The notes below the pieces were generated by a model. That model was not told where the DNA came from and did not search any database. It saw nothing but the letters and a program-made list of their open reading frames with translations. From the IMG/VR virus record IMGVR_UViG_3300031335_000002: a stretch of 64,000 nt of DNA. One strand, written 5' to 3'. Numbering within the stretch: position 1 is the first letter of the stretch; every line of letters starts with the position of its first letter. This document shows, piece by piece, positions 58,843-64,000 of the stretch. Position numbers and translations under genes: made by a program. The stretch comes from an uncultured virus (IMG/VR IMGVR_UViG_3300031335_000002) (Duplodnaviria; Heunggongvirae; Uroviricota; Caudoviricetes).

Positions 58843-59314
58843 TTTTCTTATTCCTTTCAAGGATCTTACGTTTGATTTTAGCAGCATACTTTTTTGTAGC
58901 CGGGGGAACGTTTTCGTGAGGAACAAATTTAATTGCTGATATAACACGATTATATGAAGCGTACTCCCCCGAAGGAAGGGTAGAGGTTATAGAGTCAGAG
59001 AGCATTTGCAGGTAAACCTCTCCGTAGTAAAGACCACCTTTTGTTTTGTAGAGATCAACTATCTCAAACTCAAATGCGTTTTTTCCCAATTTGTTCATAT
59101 CATCTTTAAGATTTTTAGACGAACCCGCATAGGTTCTCCAAGAATGTTCTTTTCCGTATCTAGGTGATTTCTTTAATCCGTTATACCTAAACACTTTCTT
59201 GCCAATGTAAAATTTACCGTCACTTTTTCTTGTGATACAATAGACAAACCCAAACCACTCCGAAGTTCTAAATTTTCTTCGGAATGACCAGTGGCCTAGG
59301 TTGTCCTTAGACAA
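58823..59314 (-). CDS. GIY-YIG family endonuclease
   Basis: FGFVYCIT...KFYIGKK...WRTYAGSS...FEFEI; start uncertain. Confidence 0.82.
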   Translation of the reverse strand: MSKDNLGHWSFRRKFRTSEWFGFVYCITRKSDGKFYIGKKVFRYNGLKKSPRYGKEHSWRTYAGSSKNLKDDMNKLGKNAFEFEIVDLYKTKGGLYYGEVYLQMLSDSITSTLPSGEYASYNRVISAIKFVPHENVPPATKKYAAKIKRKILERNKKNEIQSS

Positions 59315-60191
59315 TAACGGCGTGGGAATTGGTGATTTCTTCGTATTCTTCTGGGTCAAATGTCCAAATGTCTCCTTTTGTCCTCCAGATATGAAGGAGA
59401 CTACCATTGAACAAAAGCTTCTTGAAACCCTCGTTACCGTATTTAAGACCATACTTAGAAACTACCACCTCTTTGTGTTCTTGTGGTGTTGTCAAGCCCG
59501 ACAAAATCTTACCTGCCTTGATTGGTCCTATTCCTTCTATACCCGGAATATTGTCAATGGAGTCGCCGGTCAACATCTGTTTCCAGAAAAATATATCGGC
59601 TTGTTCCTCATTGACGTGCCAACGCCTCTTAGCGTTAACCTCTGTTTTTGGGTCTAAATGATATCCGGGTATCATGTCTAGGTCTTTGTCAACCGTGACT
59701 ACAACATAGTTATCTTCCCCTAGCTTGGTAGCCCAGACACCAATAGCGTCATCTGCTTCGTAACCTTGACAGTAATGGGCATCAAATACATCTACTGCCC
59801 AGAACCTTAGCTCATCAATATAAGGCGCTCTTTTCTTATTAGATGTTGCCCTTGCTTTTTGAAGCTTGTACTCTGGATGTATTTTCTTTCGAAAGTTATC
59901 CTGAGAGTTGCCAACTGCCATTGAGTACACAGCCTCTTCTTCTGGTATGTAGTGGCTCTCGAATATGTGCTCTACAAAATGCTCAAAACGGTCTTGAGCG
60001 TGTTCAATTGAAGGCTGATAGGTTTGTTTTGCTGCTTCTATCTCCTTAAGACTTGCACCTCTCCACTCCATCTCTTCTAAGTCAGCCTTAGATGCTGGTT
60101 TTTGCCAACAAGCCATGTGAACAAGAATATCACCATCGATTAAGAGTCTCCTGTTCTTTGGCTTATACTGGATTACTTCCTGCATTATCAT
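59307..60191 (-). CDS. 5'-3' exonuclease (T7 gp6 / PolI N-terminal-like)
   Basis: LIDGD, YEADDAIG, DKDLDMIPG, GDSIDNIPGIEGIG. Confidence 0.92.
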   Translation of the reverse strand: MIMQEVIQYKPKNRRLLIDGDILVHMACWQKPASKADLEEMEWRGASLKEIEAAKQTYQPSIEHAQDRFEHFVEHIFESHYIPEEEAVYSMAVGNSQDNFRKKIHPEYKLQKARATSNKKRAPYIDELRFWAVDVFDAHYCQGYEADDAIGVWATKLGEDNYVVVTVDKDLDMIPGYHLDPKTEVNAKRRWHVNEEQADIFFWKQMLTGDSIDNIPGIEGIGPIKAGKILSGLTTPQEHKEVVVSKYGLKYGNEGFKKLLFNGSLLHIWRTKGDIWTFDPEEYEEITNSHAVIV

Positions 60192-60474
60192 CTTCCTCTG
60201 AAATTAGGTCAAGATCAATTCCTTGCATTACAGCACTTAGGATTTCAGTCATCACCCCCTCATAAGCCTGTTGAAAAGCAACATCTTTTCCAATTGGGAA
60301 ATCCGATACAATCTCAATTGGGTAATCTGTCCCTTTCTTTGATGCCAGTTCACTAAGAGCAACTGCAACATTTGGAAAAGACTTTACCTCTAGTCGGAAT
60401 CGATAAGTGTATTCTTCTCCCTCACCCTCTTCATGGGTAATTCCGTATTCGTATTTGTTCATATTAGTATCCAT
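60163..60474 (-). CDS. hypothetical protein
   Basis: 103 aa acidic ORF. Confidence 0.65.
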   Translation of the reverse strand: MDTNMNKYEYGITHEEGEGEEYTYRFRLEVKSFPNVAVALSELASKKGTDYPIEIVSDFPIGKDVAFQQAYEGVMTEILSAVMQGIDLDLISEEDDNAGSNPV

Positions 60475-60659
60475 TGTTTACTTTTTTGCCCCGCGAATAG
60501 TCTTTGGTTTGAACCATTTCCAGTCATTGACTCTTTCATTTTCAAAAGGTCTTGGACGTAGCTGTCCTGTAACCGGGTGATACTCTTTTTCTCCATTGAG
60601 AGGATGCAACCTATTAACCTTTTTGATATTCTTTGGTTTCTTCTCCACTGCGTATTCTT

Positions 60660-60962
60660 TTATACCTTCTCCCCATACTTTTGGGGGTGTAGAGAGAAGT
60701 TTCCTTCAAGTTCATTTTCCCAATCTACACCTAGAGCCTTTAGGAGTGCTGCAAGACACCTAACGTCAAACCTGACTGTGTCTACTCCAAAGTCTGTGTT
60801 TTGAACAATTTGAAGAACCCCATCTCTTGATATGTACACTTTCATAGGGTCTCCAGTAGGTTGCCTTTGGAAGTCTATAATTCTGACTCCAGACTTATTC
60901 TCAACGTTAATCAATATGTCTGGTAGCCTGTTTTCTTTTTTGTTTTTAGTCTTATGGGACAT
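60660..60962 (-). CDS. hypothetical protein
   Basis: 100 aa, coupled in operon. Confidence 0.6.
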   Translation of the reverse strand: MSHKTKNKKENRLPDILINVENKSGVRIIDFQRQPTGDPMKVYISRDGVLQIVQNTDFGVDTVRFDVRCLAALLKALGVDWENELEGNFSLHPQKYGEKV

Positions 60963-61155
60963 TTAGACCTTTCGATTTTACGAACTCTTCAAGCTCTAGA
61001 ATTCTATACCACATAGAAAGAGTGAAGTTTGGTAGGTCATGGTGAAAGTTCAGACCTGTGTAGTAACCATGTCTCAAGACTCTACCGGGTTTATCATTAA
61101 AGTTTTTGTTGAACTCAATGCTATAAGTGTCGTCAATCTTTTTAACTTTGGTCAT
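60952..61155 (-). CDS. hypothetical protein
   Basis: 67 aa. Confidence 0.6.
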   Translation of the reverse strand: MTKVKKIDDTYSIEFNKNFNDKPGRVLRHGYYTGLNFHHDLPNFTLSMWYRILELEEFVKSKGLNVP

Positions 61156-61185
61156 TGATTGTGTACCCTATCTTTCTTATTATGA

Positions 61186-63213
61186 TTAGTGGACTTCAAA
61201 GTAGTCTTTTCCAGCTTTACAATCCCCGCATACCATAATGTCAACACCGAATTCTTTCGGGGCTTCCTTAAAACTCTCAATGATGATTTCTTTTGCTCTT
61301 TCAACGTAATCGTTTCTTACTTCAATATTGATCTCATCATGATAGAACAATAGGAATCGGTGGGCAATGCCCTCTTCTTTAAACCTACGCCAAATCATGG
61401 AGATAGTTGCCTTCATAACGATCGCCTCAGCACCTTGGATGAGGTAGTTGAGAGCTTTATGAGGCTGATTGCAATAGATATGTCGATCGTCTAGACCTAC
61501 GATAAATCCTTGCTTTTTTACAATATTTTTAACACGATTGATCAAGCTATCAAGGTTTGGATAAGCCTTTTGGAACTCCTCTTTAAGTTGGAAACCAACA
61601 GACTCGGGAAGCTTTAGAATCTTGGCAAGTTTAGGCCCTCCGGCACCGTAAAGAAATGCAAAAATGAAGGGTTTGGCATCTGCTCGGCTGACAATAGTTG
61701 ATGACTTAAGAATAGATGTAGCACTACGAGAAAGAATATTAGCATTGTTCTGATGCATGTCTCCTTCGAGAAGTTCTTTTAGGAACTCATCATCTTTCAT
61801 GTAATGAGCTAGAAGCCTTAGCTGACAACCAGCGGAGTCAGCCGACACAACAGACCAACCCTCTTCAGCAATAAAGAGGCTTCTGACTTCTTTCCCAAGT
61901 GTAGCATTACCTGATGGTAGATTTACAATAACGGACTGAGTCTGTCTAAAGGTTGGTGTACCAATATTAATAACATCTCCGTGGAGACGATCATCATCAG
62001 AGAAATGATCTTCCCATCCATCCATAATTGATTTACGAGACCTTAGAGTGTAAAACTCATTAATGTCTCCTGCGTTATCAAGCAACTCTAACGAAGTACT
62101 AGTAATTTTTGGGGAAGTCCTTTTCCAATAACGTTTACCTCTTTCGTCAAACTCCCACTTACCATTCCAGTCATCTGGCTCCCAGCCAATTTTCCATAGA
62201 TATCGTTTAACTGAGTCTGTAGAACCAATATCAGCATCACGGAATGTTACACGACAGTAATCACCCCAAACACCGTAGTTGTTCTTCTTACCTGCATCCT
62301 TTGGTAAGTCAAAGGTTTCACGAAGTGCTTTCGAGAACAGACCATTCTTTTGAACAGCCCATTTCTTAGCAAAGCCACCAGTGAAGTTGTCGTGATCGTA
62401 CTCGTCTGTGTATCTTATGGTGTCAGATTTATACCCTTTCCGATCTCCACTGATCTTCTGAGGCTCTTTACCAAGACGAGGATTAACTTCTGATGTAATC
62501 TCATCCATACGTTTGTCAATTTTATCGATAACATCACAAACGCTTTTCCGATCAATTAACCAACCGTTAATGAGTTGTTCTGCGGCAATTCTAGCAGAGT
62601 CTGTCTCAATTTGGATAGCTCTTACAATGTTCTTCTGCCCTGATTTGACCATATGGGTTACTTCGCCTAGTAGTTCTTTATAAATAGGAACCATAAGACG
62701 AACGTCTTGTTTCATATACTCAAACATTTCTTTACTGAACTTAGTAAAGTCTGTCCATTCACCTTTGTAGTTGTCAAGGTGAATACCCCATCGGGCAAGG
62801 CTGTGGCTATCACCCATGACAAGCTTAGGTTTTTTAAACAAACCAAAATCACCCTGTTCATTCCGCCATTTTAGATAGTTTTGGTAGTTCTGATCAGAAG
62901 CATCAAACCTATTATAATTGAGCACTCTAGACATAACATGGGTATCAACAAACTTATCGTGATTATGCTTGTACCATGTTATACCGTTAAGTCTTGCTAG
63001 CTTAATAAGTAGGTATTCGTCGTAGCCCGCGCCGTTATGAGCAGCGCGGACATCGTATGTACATAGGTCTCTTAAAAACTTTTCAAATTCGAGAGGACCG
63101 TACCATTTTTCTTCCTTAGTATCAAGGTCTATAATACCGCCGCAGAACCATCTGTCTGCGCTTCTTAGGAACCCGTTTGCTTCAGTGTCGTAGACACACC
63201 TTCGTCTAGCCAT
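61186..63213 (-). CDS. family A DNA polymerase (T7-like, with 3'-5' exonuclease)
   Basis: YDTEANG, HNGAGYD, motif A ADSAGCQLRLLAHY, motif B AKPFIFAFLYGAG (Phe at the position of E. coli PolI F762), motif C YHDEI. Confidence 0.96.
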   Translation of the reverse strand: MARRRCVYDTEANGFLRSADRWFCGGIIDLDTKEEKWYGPLEFEKFLRDLCTYDVRAAHNGAGYDEYLLIKLARLNGITWYKHNHDKFVDTHVMSRVLNYNRFDASDQNYQNYLKWRNEQGDFGLFKKPKLVMGDSHSLARWGIHLDNYKGEWTDFTKFSKEMFEYMKQDVRLMVPIYKELLGEVTHMVKSGQKNIVRAIQIETDSARIAAEQLINGWLIDRKSVCDVIDKIDKRMDEITSEVNPRLGKEPQKISGDRKGYKSDTIRYTDEYDHDNFTGGFAKKWAVQKNGLFSKALRETFDLPKDAGKKNNYGVWGDYCRVTFRDADIGSTDSVKRYLWKIGWEPDDWNGKWEFDERGKRYWKRTSPKITSTSLELLDNAGDINEFYTLRSRKSIMDGWEDHFSDDDRLHGDVINIGTPTFRQTQSVIVNLPSGNATLGKEVRSLFIAEEGWSVVSADSAGCQLRLLAHYMKDDEFLKELLEGDMHQNNANILSRSATSILKSSTIVSRADAKPFIFAFLYGAGGPKLAKILKLPESVGFQLKEEFQKAYPNLDSLINRVKNIVKKQGFIVGLDDRHIYCNQPHKALNYLIQGAEAIVMKATISMIWRRFKEEGIAHRFLLFYHDEINIEVRNDYVERAKEIIIESFKEAPKEFGVDIMVCGDCKAGKDYFEVH

Positions 63214-63620
63214 TCGTCTCCTCCTTGGAAAGTCTCGTTAGGAATACCGGGATAAAAGAGATTCATGTCTACACCAAGGTCTTTACACTGTTTAATCTTT
63301 CCCATGTGTGCCCAAGGAGCAAATTCCCGTGGCTGTTTCTGTGTATCAGAAATGCGGTTGTGAGCATCCATAAGATACCAGATTGCCTTTTCTAGCTCAA
63401 TACGCTCATCATCTTTTCGACCAAGACGAGTTTGATACTTTAGTGCGTTGACCACACTCGGTGTAACATAGGGATTGATCTTACTACCAATGTAGGCAGC
63501 AAGGTCATTGTATCCAATGTCCCTACCAGTTTGCAAGGCTCGGATCATTTCCTCTGCCGGAATCAGTTGGTGATGCTTAGCTTGCACCGAGTTTTGGCCT
63601 TTTTCACGTTCTGTTGTCAT
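63165..63620 (-). CDS. DUF3310 / T7 gp1.7-like nucleotide kinase
   Basis: NALKYQTRLGRKDD...ELEKAIWYL. Confidence 0.7.
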   Translation of the reverse strand: MTTEREKGQNSVQAKHHQLIPAEEMIRALQTGRDIGYNDLAAYIGSKINPYVTPSVVNALKYQTRLGRKDDERIELEKAIWYLMDAHNRISDTQKQPREFAPWAHMGKIKQCKDLGVDMNLFYPGIPNETFQGGDEWLDEGVSTTLKQTGS

Positions 63621-63880
63621 ATAATACCTCTTCTTTAGTTATAGTTAAGACTGTTCCTTCTCACTCTGGAGAAGGTCTGTTTTCTTAGCGTACACTGGGA
63701 TTGCCTCTTTTTTGTGGTGGTTATAAAAGTTTGCGCGTCTCTCTGTGTCATACATCTTTCCTCTAAGTCCTATCAACGCTGAAGTTTGTTCTTTCTCTGT
63801 TCCGTTTCGGGCAACTACATCTCTCCACCTCTTGACACTGAATACGTGGGGGACCCACCAACCAACACAGACCTCTTCAT

Positions 63881-63898
63881 CTTTAACGTCTGCTAATT
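63881..63898 (-). promoter_or_regulatory. class A variant phage RNAP promoter
   Basis: AATTAGCAGACGTTAAA|GATGAA upstream of the DUF3310-polymerase operon. Confidence 0.7.
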
Positions 63899-64000
63899 GC
63901 TTTTCAAACGGCGCTTTTTTTTTTTAGTTTCAAAGATATCATCCATTATAAGCTTCTTCTTCAATTTCATCAAGTGCCTTAGAGAGATCATAACGCAGGG

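Noticed and set aside
1..64000. Stop-codon reassignment or suppressor tRNA
   Set aside because: Long genes are intact under code 11, all three stops are used, and the UAG/UAA anticodons read CUA/UUA rather than stop codons

Overview
This window is part of a lytic tailed-phage (siphovirus-like) genome; essentially all genes are on the minus strand. The host is probably Gram-negative (endolysin plus i/o-spanins), possibly an alphaproteobacterium. Read from right to left it contains: a T7-type replication module (DUF3310-like protein, family A DNA polymerase, 5'-3' exonuclease, GIY-YIG nuclease, primase-helicase with a LAGLIDADG intein), class II RNR, glutaredoxin, rIIA/rIIB, many small accessory ORFs, terminase, GC-richer tail-fibre modules, tail-tip genes, a lysis cassette, portal, a tRNA cluster, capsid and tail genes, tape measure and an HNH nuclease. 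The most striking element sits in the head operon between portal and scaffold. It is a gene fusing a Mu-F/SPP1-gp7-like minor head domain to a T7/SP6-family single-subunit RNA polymerase (about 1464 aa after splicing). A 277-nt ORF-less group I intron splits it inside RNAP motif B, so the ORF track shows two pieces. The window also carries about 10 SP6/T7-like promoters in two sequence classes, a third promoter-like hairpin motif, promoter-linked structured repeats and several arm-less tRNA-like genes. All functional calls come from motif recognition; no database searches were run.
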